Shown: positions 11,746 through 25,813, counted from the whole stretch's first letter. The stretch: 62,939 bases of DNA, filler included, from Stramenopiles sp. TOSAG23-6 (GCA_900128565.1; 9 parts of 9 records of this genome joined end to end with filler, not necessarily neighbours in it), one strand, 5' to 3'. The notes: a model not told the origin generated them from the letters alone. Numbers and translations are program-made.

Positions 11746-12022
11746 TATAATTCTAAAAACTACTAGACTTCTCTCTTTTTGTTTTGATTTTTGTTTTTGA
11801 CGAAAAAAAAGACGATTCGATTCGATTCGATTCGTGATTACGCTCAACTTTTTTTCGAAATTTTGAAAATTTCAATAAAAATTTCTTTGGGTACGAAACT
11901 TAGGATACGATTAGATTAGCCGTAGGTATACAAGTACTATATATTCCAGATACGTTAATTGTTCAGGTACAAAATTTCGTATGAAAAAAAAAACTGGAAT
12001 TTGAAAAAAAACTAAAACATAC

Positions 12023-13305
12023 ATTGATTCTAGTAAAACTGCAAGTTGTAATTCACCTCTTCCCATTACTTCAAATGCACCTGCACCATCATCTTCTCCA
12101 GCAGCCTTTCGTACAGTAATACTAACATTATTATTTGTTTCTTTGAAAAGACGATCTGATAAAACTTGTGCATTTAATTTAGAACCATCTCTTCCGGATA
12201 ATGGAGAATCATTCACGGAAAAGGTCATACTGATAGTTGGTGGATCTATAGGATGTGTTGGTAATGGCGAAATACGATTTTCTAACACTGCGACTGCATT
12301 TACAAGTGTATCGGATACACCTGCTTCTGGAATACCAGCAATTGATATTATATCACCAGCCGTAGCTTCATTCAACTCAACAGTTGCAGTACCCTTTGCT
12401 GCAAGAAGCTTAACAGCTTTTCCGGTAGCTACAACATCACCATCACGACTAAGTCCTTTGAGAGTATCCCCCACGCGAATCGTTCCTGTTGCAACACGAC
12501 CTGTCAGAATACGTCCAAGAAACGTATCATGTGACATCATCGTTGCCAAGAAAGAAAAATCGTCATTCTCATTTGTAGTATTTGTAGAGTTTGGTGGAGG
12601 TAAGTGTTCAACAATAGCATCAAGTAATGGAGCCATTGCATCATCTTGATGATTTGGTCCAAGTGATTCATCAGTGGTAGCCCATCCATTTTTAGCAGAA
12701 GCATATATAAATGGAGCTTCAAGTTGTTCATCCGTTGCGTCGAGGTTCATAAATAGGTCAAAGACAGCATTTTGAGCAGCTGGTAAATCAGCTGTGTCTC
12801 GATCAGCTTTATTAATTACTACAAGTGGAGTTAAACCACGTTCTAACGCTTTTCCAGTTACAAAACGAGTCTGTGTGTTTGGGCCATCTGTNCCGTCAAC
12901 AACAAGAACAACGCCATCAACCAACTCTAAAACACGTTCAACTTCACCGCCAAAATCAGCGTGTCCTGGTGTATCCACAATATTTAACTTGTGTTCTTTC
13001 CAGTTCACCGAAGTAACCTTACTCATTATTGTAATTCCTCGTTCTTTTTCTTGATCCATACTATCCATCACACGCTCTGATCCAGTGTGATCCGAACTGA
13101 GTTCTTCACATTCCTTCAAAAGGCGGTCAACAAGTGTTGTTTTACCATGATCGACGTGAGCAATAATGGCAACGTTTCTAAGTGGGCGTTCTTCTACTGC
13201 AGTGTCTACTTGCTCAGCAGCATTTGACGAAAACAACGCATTGCGTGCACATGAGCTATTACGTGCTGTTCCAATCTGGATTTTACGAGAAAATAGACGA
13301 ATCAT
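12023..13305 (-). CDS. typA: TypA/BipA GTPase, N-terminal exon (organelle-targeted), broken inside the following intron
   Basis: [50 protein letters not shown]. An introner donor (AT|GTATGTTT) follows at 12022. Confidence 0.93.
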
Positions 13306-13532
13306 CTGCTAATTTCAGATGTTACTGTTTGGAATACAAACTGAAAGACACATGTGTACAACGATTTAAAGAGTTGACTGACTACTACTACTTTTTCGAC
13401 ACGTGTCAGTCAGTCAGTCAAATTGAGTGAGTCATGACAGAAATCTCTCATCAATCTCTCAATCTCTCTCAAATTGTCCAGTTTGTTCTTTGTCGTACAA
13501 CAAATCAAACACAACTCAAAAGCACATATATA

Positions 13533-15322
<1,790 letters not shown>

Positions 15323-15528
15323 GTACATTTTCAACATTCATTTGTTTTTTTACCTATTTTTTTTTTCATACGAAATTTTGTACCTAACGATTTTTTTTAT
15401 TTTTACTAAAAAAAAAAAATATATTTTTNNNNNNNNNNNNNNNNNNNNNNNNNNNNNNNNNNNNNNNNNNNNTTAATTAATTAANNNNNNNNNNNNNNNN
15501 NNNNNNNNNNNNNNNNNNNNNNNNNNNN

Positions 15529-16351
15529 TAGGTTGTGAGTCACTTCCACCACCGTCAGCACTAGGTTGTGAGTCACTTCCACCGCCACCCCTATCAATAC
15601 CATGCAATGCAAAAGTAGAGGGATGGTGAATCGCATCTAGTCCAAAGAATCCTCGTTTCCCTCGTCGTGGCTTTGTTCTTTTGCCTCTATACCCCCTCTG
15701 TCCAGAAATTCCGTTCAAAGCAAAATTCGACGGGCTATGTATAGCATCCAATCCAAAGAAGTGTCGCGCTTTTCTCGCTGCTTTCCCATTTCGTCCTCTT
15801 TTCCCAGGACGCCCACGTGCACCATCTCTTCCATCACGTCCTGGTTTCCCTTGAATACCTCGAGTCCCAGCAACACCGCTTTTTCCATCACGTCCTGGTT
15901 TCCCTTGAATTCCTCGCGCCCCATCAACACCACTTTTCCCATCACGACCAGGTTTCCCTTGAATACCTCGAGCTCCTGTTTCACCCCGTACACCAGAAGG
16001 TCCTTGTTCTCCACGTGGTCCCTGTTTGCCTTGCATACCAGCAGGGCCTCTCTTACCAACTATTGTTTGTCCTGGAGGACCGGTTGGTCCTACTACAGTA
16101 TCTCCCTTTGCTCCACGTCGACCACGACGTCCACGACTCCCGCGACCTCCAACAGGCCCCACAGGACCTGTAGCACCTCTCGGACCTGTCGCTCCAGCTC
16201 GGCCTACATGTCCGTCTTCGCCATTCAAACCGTCACGACCATCACGACCTCGAGCACCTGTTTCACCTTTTACACCAGCAGTTCCTTGTTCTCCACGCTC
16301 ACCTTTCTCACCTTTCAAACCTTGAAGGCCCCTATCACCTTTAAATCCCAT
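15529..16351 (-). CDS. Collagen-like Gly-X-Y protein, partial
   Basis: Long Gly-X-Y run; repeated FFGLDAIH motif; runs into the contig end. Confidence 0.85.
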
Positions 16352-16377
16352 CTGACCATTTATTTAGTAAAGATCTT

Positions 16378-18843
16378 CTACATTGAATCATTCTTTTTAG
16401 CTTTTTTTGTTACAGAAGAAATATTGTTTTTTACTTTTCGCTTTGTATTTTTCTTTCCACGTTTTGATTTATTCGCTTTACTAAATGCTTTCTCAATGTT
16501 ATCTCCAGGATACACCGTCTCCTTTTCTTCTAACGAAAGTAATTGGCTTAATCGTTCTAAACTTCGGAGATAAATAGGAGTCAATAATTCACGTGCTTTT
16601 TTTGTCTTTTCTAGTTCAAGGTCTTTTTCTTCTCTCGACGGACCAAGACCCGCTGGACGAACCCTACCTTCATTTGCAATAGATACATCATTAAAAACAA
16701 CACCAGGCGTACACTCAATGAGTCCTCTACCTTGTAAGCGATCAGCTTGATCGAGCATTCGACGAAAATGGCGTACTTGATCTCCTCTTAATAAGGAATA
16801 CACACAACCCCGTCTACCAGCTCGAGCAGTTCTACCAGACCGATGTATATACGTTTTTACTTTCGATGGTACATCATAGTTAATGACTGTTTCAATACTA
16901 CTGACATCAATCCCACGAGCAAATGAATCTGAACAAACTAGAATTTTTAAATGACCAGAACGGAATTTTCCGATGAATGCAGTCCTTTTATGCTGACGGA
17001 TTTTCCCAGAAAATTCAGCGACACCACCTAAAGAACTTTCTTTGTTACCTTCTTTGGCCACTTCATAATCAAACAATTGCAATAATCGCGCAAGACGATG
17101 TGTTGCATTTACAGATGCAGTGAAAATAAGAACTTGACCTACTTCATTCTGTTTCATACTTTTTGATTTTCTATTATTAAACTGTTTTGAGAGAGAGAGA
17201 AGTAATTGAATCAAAACTAAAGGTTTTTCAATATTATTACACACTTGCATGTATTCGGACAATTCTTTTGGAATAGAAAATTTTTCCTTTTTTCTTTGAC
17301 TTAGTGCAATTCGATTCGATGTTTCATCGATGGCAGAGACTGAAATATGAATCGGTGAAATTAGTTTCAATGCTGCAAGTTTTTGAGGATCACTGGTGAG
17401 AGTTGCCGATAGAATGACTCTCAATAATGGTGTTTTCATGAAGCCAAAAGTGCTTGAAGAATTCACTAAAGCTGTAGAGCTATAACGAGCAACTGTGTCT
17501 TGTCGTACCGTTTTTGGTGTAATAGTATATACATCTTCAAAAATAAAATTGTCGTTTTCAACTACATTATGTGAGGTCATTGCATTTGATTCATGACCCA
17601 TAGCGGCAGCATACACATCTTTGACCCAACCATCATAGGCTTGAGATAAAAGTCGATCAGCTTCATCTACAATTAGAAATTTTAAATGTTGTAAAGTAAA
17701 ACGTTGACGTTGTCGCGATACTGTTTCACTAAATAATGCTCCTTTATCTACACCTCTAACATGATCCATCAATCTACCTGGAGTAGCAACAAGAATGTCA
17801 ATACAACTTTCACCATTCACCTCATCAAACAAAGATTTCTTTTCAGCATTAAATGATGTTTGACCAATAGCAATGCCAATTTTAGGAAGATTAAGTGTAG
17901 CAGATAATTCATCATCTGCAGCATCTTTTATGTATTTAATCCATAATTGAAATGTCTCAAAAACTTGAACAGCTAAATCGCGAGAAGGCAATATAATCAA
18001 AGCTCTTAGTCTTCGTACAACGCAATCTATTAAAGAGTTTAATATAGGTATTACATACGCCAATGTTTTACCACTACCCGTCGGTGCAGATACACAAATA
18101 TCCCGAAGTCTGGACCCTGCCCCAATGCCACGAATACCAGTAGCAGCTGCACTTGAAATAATAGAAGGAATCACTCTTTTTTGAACTTGAAAAAACTCTT
18201 TCGGTCCATGCTTAGCAATCGCACGTTTCACCACATGATGAAGATCCCATTTATTTGCTAGTTCTACAGCAGACAATTTGTCATCTATACTTTGCTCTCT
18301 ACTATTGATATCGACCTTGGGAGACGAGCTAACTTTGTCAACTTGATGAATGCTTTTACTTTGACTTCGAGCTTTCTGCATGAGAGCCATTGTTGCCATG
18401 ATACTTGCCGACGATTTCGTTGCTGATGTAGCAACTTCATCATTATCATCANTAGATTTTACTGGGGTTTCTGTTTTTCTCGATTGCTCTTCAATGATAG
18501 CCTTTTGTTTGCGTTTCGCCTCTTTGCGAAGAGATTTTGTTGCAGCTTTGGCATCTACTTCAGCCTGTCGTTTTTCGTTATATTTCTGTATTTCTTGTTG
18601 TTTTTGGACAGCTTCAATTTCCCTCGCTTTAACTATACTTAGCAATGAAGAAACCACATCTTTATCTGCAGTATTTTTAACTACATCGTCTTTATTTTTG
18701 CTTTGTTTTGCTCTCCGCAAGCATTTTTCTTCTTTAAGGGAATTAGTCGCTGACACTTTTTTTGACTGCGACGTAGAATCACTTGTAGCTGCTAACTCAC
18801 GTGCTTTTGATCGAGCTAATAATTGCTCGATAATAGACGCCAT
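16378..18843 (-). CDS. DDX51: DEAD-box RNA helicase of the DDX51/Dbp6 type
   Basis: DICVSAPTGSGKTLAY, VATPGRLMDH, DEADRLL, LSATLT, ARGID, YIHRSGRTARAGR. Confidence 0.88.
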   Translation of the reverse strand: MASIIEQLLARSKARELAATSDSTSQSKKVSATNSLKEEKCLRRAKQSKNKDDVVKNTADKDVVSSLLSIVKAREIEAVQKQQEIQKYNEKRQAEVDAKAATKSLRKEAKRKQKAIIEEQSRKTETPVKSXDDNDEVATSATKSSASIMATMALMQKARSQSKSIHQVDKVSSSPKVDINSREQSIDDKLSAVELANKWDLHHVVKRAIAKHGPKEFFQVQKRVIPSIISSAAATGIRGIGAGSRLRDICVSAPTGSGKTLAYVIPILNSLIDCVVRRLRALIILPSRDLAVQVFETFQLWIKYIKDAADDELSATLNLPKIGIAIGQTSFNAEKKSLFDEVNGESCIDILVATPGRLMDHVRGVDKGALFSETVSRQRQRFTLQHLKFLIVDEADRLLSQAYDGWVKDVYAAAMGHESNAMTSHNVVENDNFIFEDVYTITPKTVRQDTVARYSSTALVNSSSTFGFMKTPLLRVILSATLTSDPQKLAALKLISPIHISVSAIDETSNRIALSQRKKEKFSIPKELSEYMQVCNNIEKPLVLIQLLLSLSKQFNNRKSKSMKQNEVGQVLIFTASVNATHRLARLLQLFDYEVAKEGNKESSLGGVAEFSGKIRQHKRTAFIGKFRSGHLKILVCSDSFARGIDVSSIETVINYDVPSKVKTYIHRSGRTARAGRRGCVYSLLRGDQVRHFRRMLDQADRLQGRGLIECTPGVVFNDVSIANEGRVRPAGLGPSREEKDLELEKTKKARELLTPIYLRSLERLSQLLSLEEKETVYPGDNIEKAFSKANKSKRGKKNTKRKVKNNISSVTKKAKKNDSM

Positions 18844-19190
18844 TGTTCAATATAGATTGAATGCAATACGTATGGGTACTATTTTAATTTCTTTTGTACT
18901 GGTGGTACAACTCTTGAGTTGATACTATATATGAATTTTATGAACAAACACTGACTCGACTTTGCGAGAGAGAGTGTTCGGTATAAGCAGGTTTGTTCCA
19001 CCCGATGCAGCTGATTCTTTTTGACTTGCGCATTATGTTTTCATCAAATGGCGACTGAAGCACTGAAACAGGCTGTTCAAATACACATAGTATATATATT
19101 AAATGCTACTATCAAAATACATGTTTATTTCTTGAATAAAGTGTTACAAATATTCAATAATTCATGTGATAGTGTGCTATCCTATACACT

Positions 19191-20846
19191 CTACAAGGCA
19201 TTAATAGAATCAAGGGCATCTTGTGCTTTTGTATAACCACTATTTAATGACTTGGTGAACCATTTAATCGCTTCATTTATGTCTTTGTTGACACCTTTAC
19301 CCTTTTCATAGCAATTTCCAAGGTTAAATTGTGCAAATTTGTTACCTGCATTTGCGGCTTTAGTATACCATTTAATTGCTTCATTCATGTCCTTAATTAC
19401 ACCTTCACCATTTTTGTAGCAAATTGCAAGGCTATTTTGTGCACTTGCATAACCTGCATTTGCGGCTTTAGTATACCATTTAACTGCTTCATTCAAATCC
19501 TTAATGACACCTTGACCATTTGTATAGCAAATTGCAAGGTTATTTTGCGCAGTTGCATCACCTGCATTTGCGGCTTTAGTATACCATTTAACTGCTTCAT
19601 TCATATTCTTAATGACACCTTCACCATTTTGATAGCAAAATGCAAGTTGATTTTGCACTAATGCATTACCCGATTTAGTATACCATTTCACAGCTTCACT
19701 TATATTCTTATCAACACCACAACCCCACTCATAGCAATAACCAATTCTAAATTTTGCATAATCATTATCATCATTATCCATANATAACTGAAATGCTTTC
19801 TTGAAATTCATTTTGTAACCATTCCAACCAAAATNATGACATTCTGCAATAGCTACAGGATATCCTGCAATTGCTGCACATTCGATCATGTTTTGACCAC
19901 TTACTTTATCAATAGTCTTGAAATTACAACCATACCAAAGATCACATCCATTTTCAAACAACATCTGACCAGGTAGTTTTCCATCCCCTTCTCTTCTAGC
20001 TCGCTTCACTGCACCATTCCCACTAGATGATGAACTACTAGCTTTACGTTTACTTTGTCGAGGTGCTACAGAATCATTATCATTACAAACAGTCTCACCA
20101 AATTGTATCAACATTTCACTTTGCTTAGTCACATTTTCTTTCAAAGAAGAATTGAGTTTTTTCAATTTATTTGATTTCTCTACAACTAGTTTCAGTTTTT
20201 TTTTTTCATCAACAAGTTCTTTTTGTGCATTGACAAGTTGTTCTTGAATAGCTGCTACTTCCAGAATTTTACATTCTACTGCTTGCATAATGTTACCTGT
20301 TTGTTCTGCTATATCATCTATTGTTTGATCATTCTCTTGTATCATTTTCCGGAGTTCAGATAACTTATTATGCTCATCCTTTAATTTAGTTGTGCATAGT
20401 TCACATAAACTATCAATGGCGCTTTTGACTTTACTGACAATTACTGATTTTGGAAGACATACCTTGAGAGCACGTATTCGGGGCGGAGAAATGATACAAC
20501 TTTCTGCACCGGAAACAACTTCGTACATTCGGTTAATTATTTCGAGTGCATCTGCTGACTTCGATGCCTTTGAACCTTCAGACCAAAGTTCTTCAATTTC
20601 TTTTATTTTTCCAGCAATACCACTATTCTGCTCTATCAACTCCGCACAGTGTTTCCTCAATATAATGTTTGGTATGAGATTCTTACTTTCCAATCTGACA
20701 TTTGTGAGAGGAGAAGTATCGTGGTTTTGAAAGTGTTCTTCGATGGCAGAGCGTTCGTATGTGTGACCATCAGTGGCAATCACTGGATCCTTGAATATTT
20801 CGAGAGTAATTGGACAACATAGCTCATTTGGCACATTAGATGGCAT
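19191..20846 (-). CDS. U-box plus coiled-coil plus Sel1-repeat protein
   Basis: CPITLEIFKDPVIATDGHTYERSAI (U-box); 36-aa Sel1 repeats AQNNLAICY.NG.GV.KD..EAVKWYTKAA. Confidence 0.9.
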   Translation of the reverse strand: MPSNVPNELCCPITLEIFKDPVIATDGHTYERSAIEEHFQNHDTSPLTNVRLESKNLIPNIILRKHCAELIEQNSGIAGKIKEIEELWSEGSKASKSADALEIINRMYEVVSGAESCIISPPRIRALKVCLPKSVIVSKVKSAIDSLCELCTTKLKDEHNKLSELRKMIQENDQTIDDIAEQTGNIMQAVECKILEVAAIQEQLVNAQKELVDEKKKLKLVVEKSNKLKKLNSSLKENVTKQSEMLIQFGETVCNDNDSVAPRQSKRKASSSSSSGNGAVKRARREGDGKLPGQMLFENGCDLWYGCNFKTIDKVSGQNMIECAAIAGYPVAIAECHXFGWNGYKMNFKKAFQLXMDNDDNDYAKFRIGYCYEWGCGVDKNISEAVKWYTKSGNALVQNQLAFCYQNGEGVIKNMNEAVKWYTKAANAGDATAQNNLAICYTNGQGVIKDLNEAVKWYTKAANAGYASAQNSLAICYKNGEGVIKDMNEAIKWYTKAANAGNKFAQFNLGNCYEKGKGVNKDINEAIKWFTKSLNSGYTKAQDALDSINAL

Positions 20847-21119
20847 ACTGTACACTATATTACAATGTTTGCTTCAGCTACGTAGGTTCTCAATTGGACG
20901 TGAGTAAGTTGAACTCAACAGGCGCTTGATCATAATGATTGCTAATCAGATTTTCGCGATACGCAACATTGACAATAGTGGTGTCATAAGATTCACAGGC
21001 TAAAAAATAGCAATTCAGTGACGTCATCCATCACACAATCGTCGGTCAAAAAACTGTTCATCAAATATCATCAAATATATCAATCGAAAGAAAAATAAAT
21101 CAAAAACCATCCTCAAAAC

Positions 21120-22037
21120 ATGACAAACGTCACTGATAATGCTGATACTCCAAACAAAGACGATGTTCCATCGCAGCCACAAGCTCCCCCGAATCCCTTT
21201 GCCAAGATCATGGAAGTTGACAAAGACGGTCTTACATTTGCAAACAAGACTGCCCAGTGGATAGCGTATGAGCGCGATATTGAGTCTCAGAGATCTGATT
21301 GCTTATTTCACGACCCTCTCGCAAAGCACCTCACAGGAAAGTACGGTAAAACTTTATCAGACCTATTCGGCAAGTATGCTTCAAACGCCCACTTTTTCCC
21401 AGGACTTGGTGAGCAAGGATTCATTTTATACCACGGTGCAAGAACAAAACTTATTTCTGACCACTTAATGGAATGGGCAAAGAGTGTCTCTACTGGTGGA
21501 AAGCAAGTATTAAACCTCGGGGCTGGATATGACACTCGAGCATTCTGGGACACAAGCCTTGGAGACGTTGACCTCTATATAGAAGTTGACGAAATGAGAG
21601 TTAACACACCAAAGGAGAAAATTTTACAGGAACTCGAGTCTTTACCAAAGTTAATATGTCCACGACGTTGTATCTCTCTGAATTTTGAAACTGAGACTAT
21701 TCAAGATTTACCCAAGTATGATTTCAATTCTTCAATTCCTACTTGTTGGGTACTTGAAGGGTTGATTATGTATTTGGAAAAAGATGCTGTGCGTAATATA
21801 TATGAAAATATTGCTGAACTTTCTGTCCCAGAGAGTTATGCAATCATAAACTTCATTGGTAACTCCAAAGAGCATCATCAAGTTGAGTTTGCTGATTCAA
21901 TCTTACTTGGTAAAGGTTGGATTCAGGTAAAGAAGGTTTTGTTTGGTGAGACAGATTTTAGGTATGGACGATATCCAAAAGATGTTGAGTCGAATAAAAA
22001 TCTCGGTTTTGTTTTTTATCGCAAAATTAAAATCTAA
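21120..22037 (+). CDS. SAM-dependent methyltransferase, leucine carboxyl methyltransferase (LCM) family
   Basis: LFHDPLA, ARTKLI, QVLNLGAGYDTRA, WVLEGLIMYL. Confidence 0.85.
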   Translation: MTNVTDNADTPNKDDVPSQPQAPPNPFAKIMEVDKDGLTFANKTAQWIAYERDIESQRSDCLFHDPLAKHLTGKYGKTLSDLFGKYASNAHFFPGLGEQGFILYHGARTKLISDHLMEWAKSVSTGGKQVLNLGAGYDTRAFWDTSLGDVDLYIEVDEMRVNTPKEKILQELESLPKLICPRRCISLNFETETIQDLPKYDFNSSIPTCWVLEGLIMYLEKDAVRNIYENIAELSVPESYAIINFIGNSKEHHQVEFADSILLGKGWIQVKKVLFGETDFRYGRYPKDVESNKNLGFVFYRKIKI

Positions 22038-22327
22038 GTATTCTACATTTATAAAAATAACTTGGTTATGGACTTATATTATTATACCGTAGGTATTTTT
22101 TTTAGTTACTAGTGTACCATGTACCATTAATAGATACTCCATTTTGATTCAAGAAAAAAAAAAGTACATTTAGTTTTATTTCTTAAAAACAAAATATTGA
22201 ATGTAATTATTTTTACTACAATGTGTTTTAAAAAACATTATTTTTTATTCATCTAGTATCCTATCTATCTGACTTCTTCTCTATTACACTTTTCAATTAT
22301 TCATTGAAATTTCAATACTGTACAATC

Positions 22328-23181
22328 TCAGTAATTTCGATTATTTCGTGTTTTATTTTCTTCTTTCATTTTTTTCTTTCCAATCGTTTTCTTTAATCGA
22401 TTTTTACTTTTAAACAACGTATTTCGTGCTTTATTAATAATCACATTGTGAACTCCTCCATCTAATTCTAATGGATTAAATTGGTTTTCACGATATTTAT
22501 CCAACTCAAGCGCAATTTCAGAATCATTTTCAGTCAAATTTTTACCATAATTTATAGAACTCTTCATACTTGAAGGAATAAACATTTCTCTTGAAGCAAT
22601 TCGTAACAAAATCATAGACAGTGTAAAAAAATATTTTTTTTTTTTTGAAAAAAAAAATGTTAGATGCAGAATTTTCATACAAAAAAAAAATATTTTTAAA
22701 ATTGAAATTGATAAGTAAAACATATTTCCTGTATATGAACACAAGAATCAGGTAATAATAAATAATATTCAGTTTGACTGATTTGGTGCTCTGGAGCTTC
22801 ATCACTTATAGAACAATACCATTTAAGTAGTAATGCTGATTCAGTTGTTCTTAAATGATTCGAAATGGAAAAATATTTCAAAAAAATCAAAAAAAATTGT
22901 TAGGTACAAAATTTCGTACGAAAACAAAATCGATATTTTTGTTTAAAAAAAAAATAAAATATACGTTTGAAATGGAAGAGAATCGATCAAAGTTATCTCT
23001 AAAACTTTTTATATCATTAAAGTTTTTTGCAGCTGTTATACATGTATTGTGAAAAAAAAATATAAATTTTTTTTTGTTAGGTACGAAATCGAAATTGAAA
23101 AAAAAAAAAATAAATTCGAAATTTAAATTCGAAATTGAAAAAAAAAAAGAAATTTTTTAAAAACATACGATTTGATACTCC
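22328..23181 (-). CDS. 3' exons of an unidentified gene interrupted by three introner-family introns
   Basis: Exons join as GVSNR-ITAAKNFNDIKSFRDNFDRFSSISN-HLRTTESALLLKW… Introns at 23042-23168 (GT-AT), ~22858-22964 and ~22620-22725. Confidence 0.5.
23042..23168 (-). other. Introner-family intron, GT-AT
   Basis: AATC|GTATGTTT…CACAATACAT|GT ATA; keeps the frame; branch motif GTACCTAAC present. Confidence 0.65.
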
Positions 23182-23450
23182 ANNNNNNNNNNNNNNNNNN
23201 NNNNNNNNNNNNNNNNNNNNNNNNNNTTAATTAATTAANNNNNNNNNNNNNNNNNNNNNNNNNNNNNNNNNNNNNNNNNNNNTTTGTTTTTCCAAAATTT
23301 TTTAAATTTTTTTTTCTTTTTTTTTGTAAAAAAATTTTTTCCCAAAAAAAAAAAAAAAAAAAAAAAATTTAAAATATTTTCCTAACTATTTTTTTAAAAG
23401 ACTAATAATAATAATAATAATAATAATATATATATATATATACAATACAG

Positions 23451-25715
23451 ATAACCAATTCAACAAATGGTATTGAAAGCAAAACTAAAATCATTGATAC
23501 AGTACCAAACTCTTTACCATCAAACCCAAAAAACCCTAACCCTACTACTACAGACACTTCAAAAATATGTTTAGTAGCAACTAGGGGTGGAATTATTTTT
23601 GATCATAAAAAAAAAGGAGAACAAGATCGTTCTGGAGTCTCTGGTTTACCTAAAATGACATCAAAATCATTTCATTCTGAACATTCATTTAATACAAAAT
23701 CAAGTACAAAATCAAGTACAAAAAATGATAAAAATGATAAAAATGATAAAAATTCAGTTTCATATGAAAATGGTACAGAATTTTGTACTTCTGATGTTAC
23801 AGTGAGTTCAAATATTCAATCATCCTTTGCTCAAATAGTTTCAAAACATATTTTATATTGTGATTCAGTGAATGAAAGAAACAAAATAGTAACATTTTGG
23901 TTAAGTTTGATTTTATCTATTGATGACAACTCAAACAAAAATCATAAAAATCATAAAAATGATACAAATCCTAAAACTCAAATAGAGAGTATTAATGCTT
24001 CGAATACTACAACTACTACTACAATCTATAAAAACAAAAGCAAACACAATTTGAATTCAATGCCTAACCCTAACCCTAATTGTACATCTATTTGTAGACC
24101 TATACGAAATTTATTACAAAACTCAATGCAATTCTTTACTGTTAAAAAAACATTAAATATATTATCAAATACTTTACTGAATATTGCTATACTAAACAAT
24201 ACAAACAGTACCTTGACAAATATATCCAAAACAGTCAAAGATAAAACAAAACTAAAAACACTAAAAACACGAAATCCTGTAAAAATATATTCAAAAAGTA
24301 TATCAACATTTGTCAATGTATTATGTGAAAAAAGCCGAATGTTGACAATACGAAATTATAATCCATTAAATGATACTGGACATCAAACAATAACAATACA
24401 TGTATGTTTTATTTTTTTAAATTTGAAATTGAATTTTTTTTTTTTTTTTTTTTGGTAAAAAAATTTTGTACCTAACAATTTTTTTTTTTATAGAAAATTT
24501 TGAAATATTTTTCCATAATTTATGGAGAAAATCATTATCATTGGTTTTTACCCTATAGACGTACATTGAAAGACGACATCACTGCTAACCCTAACCCTAA
24601 TGGTACTTGTATCCCGTCAAAAGAGGATTTAAAATGTGATACAATGAAAGATAAATTATGTAGGTTTTTTTTTTTCAAATTTTACATTTCATGGATTTTT
24701 TTTTTCGTAGATAATTTTGTACCTAACAAAAAAAAAAATTTTTACTAAAAAAAAAAAAATATTTTTCTTTCATTACATGTACAAATACTGCGTATAATTT
24801 TCTTATTTTACTATCTGAAACACAAATTGAAAAAGATGTCCGTTTATTACTTGGTCGTTGTTGTTTGAATAACCCTAACCCTAATCGAAGTACAACCAAA
24901 AAAACAAAAAATATCAAAAATATTCAAAATATCAAAAATATTCAAAATACTACAAATATTCAAAATACTACAAATAGTACAAATAGTACAAATACAAATT
25001 TGGATTTTCCGTCTGAGATTCAAATTGATGAAATTTCAATAAATGATTTAAATTTTGGTTCTGAACGATATAATTGGGATGTCTCGAAATTTTGTGTTCA
25101 TGAATGGCTGCAATTTGTTCTCACTCTTCCCGAAAATGTATGTTGACTTTTTTTTTTTGTTTTTTTTTTCATACGAAATTTTGTACCTAACAAAAAAAAT
25201 GTTTCACTGAAAAAAAAAAAATTTTATAATTTTTTTTTCATACGAAATTTTGTACCTAACAAACATGTACAACAAAACATTGTAAATATTTTTGTACACT
25301 ATATGAGCCTATTTTATTATTATTCTGGCAATTATTATTTATTCTCTATTTTGAACGATATGAAAATTATTTTTTTGGTCACTTATTTTTTACGGAAGAA
25401 ATGCGACATAAAATGAAAAATCGATTGGATTATTTAGCTGAATATTTTTCAATGTATAAGTATAATAATGTACCTACAAATTCTCAAAATTCGCAAAGCC
25501 CTAACCCTAGTACTGATAACAAAAATTTTGAAAAAAATTCTGAAAAATTTTTTGAAAATTCGTTAGGTACAGAATTACCTACGAAAAAAAATAAATTTGA
25601 AATTGAAAAAAAAAATGCGCAATTTCATGGAATATATAGTGCCATGTCATTATGGATTAGTCAATCAAATGTAACTGAATTTTTAGGACAAAATAAAAAT
25701 GATCCTATAGTGTGA
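23451..25715 (+). CDS. EPG5: EPG5-like autophagy tether, more C-terminal fragment (introns 24402-24523, 24660-24778, 25138-25304); mirror copy on - at 28492-30756
   Basis: Spliced VHEWLQFVLTLPEN-EPILLLFWQLLFILYF…FFGHLFF…MKNRLDYLAEYF…YSAMSLWI resembles, from memory, the EPG5 W..QAL.TP.DHPLLPLIWQKFFLLYL region. Confidence 0.55.
24660..24778 (+). other. Introner-family intron, GT-AT
   Basis: TTAT|GTAGGTTT…TTTTGTACCTAAC…CATTACAT|GT ACA; restores an open frame KLC-TNTAYNFLILL. Confidence 0.7.
25138..25304 (+). other. Introner-family intron, GT-AT, with duplicated branch module
   Basis: AAT|GTATGT…CACTATAT|GAG; two copies of CATACGAAATTTTGTACCTAAC; joins LPEN-EPILLLFWQ. Confidence 0.78.
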
Positions 25716-25780
25716 AACATATTTTTTTTTTTTTTTTTTTTTTTTTTGAAATTTTAAAATTTTTAAAAATTTTTTTTTTT

Positions 25781-25813
<33 letters not shown>

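Noticed and set aside
15715-19661. Overlapping antisense ORFs on the collagen, DDX51 and Sel1 genes
   Set aside because: Shadow ORFs caused by repetitive or biased codon usage on the real coding strand.
24402-24523. Use of this intron as firm evidence for GT-AT
   Set aside because: An upstream TAG (24491-24493) is in frame, so a canonical acceptor cannot be excluded. The same ambiguity applies at 54-56.
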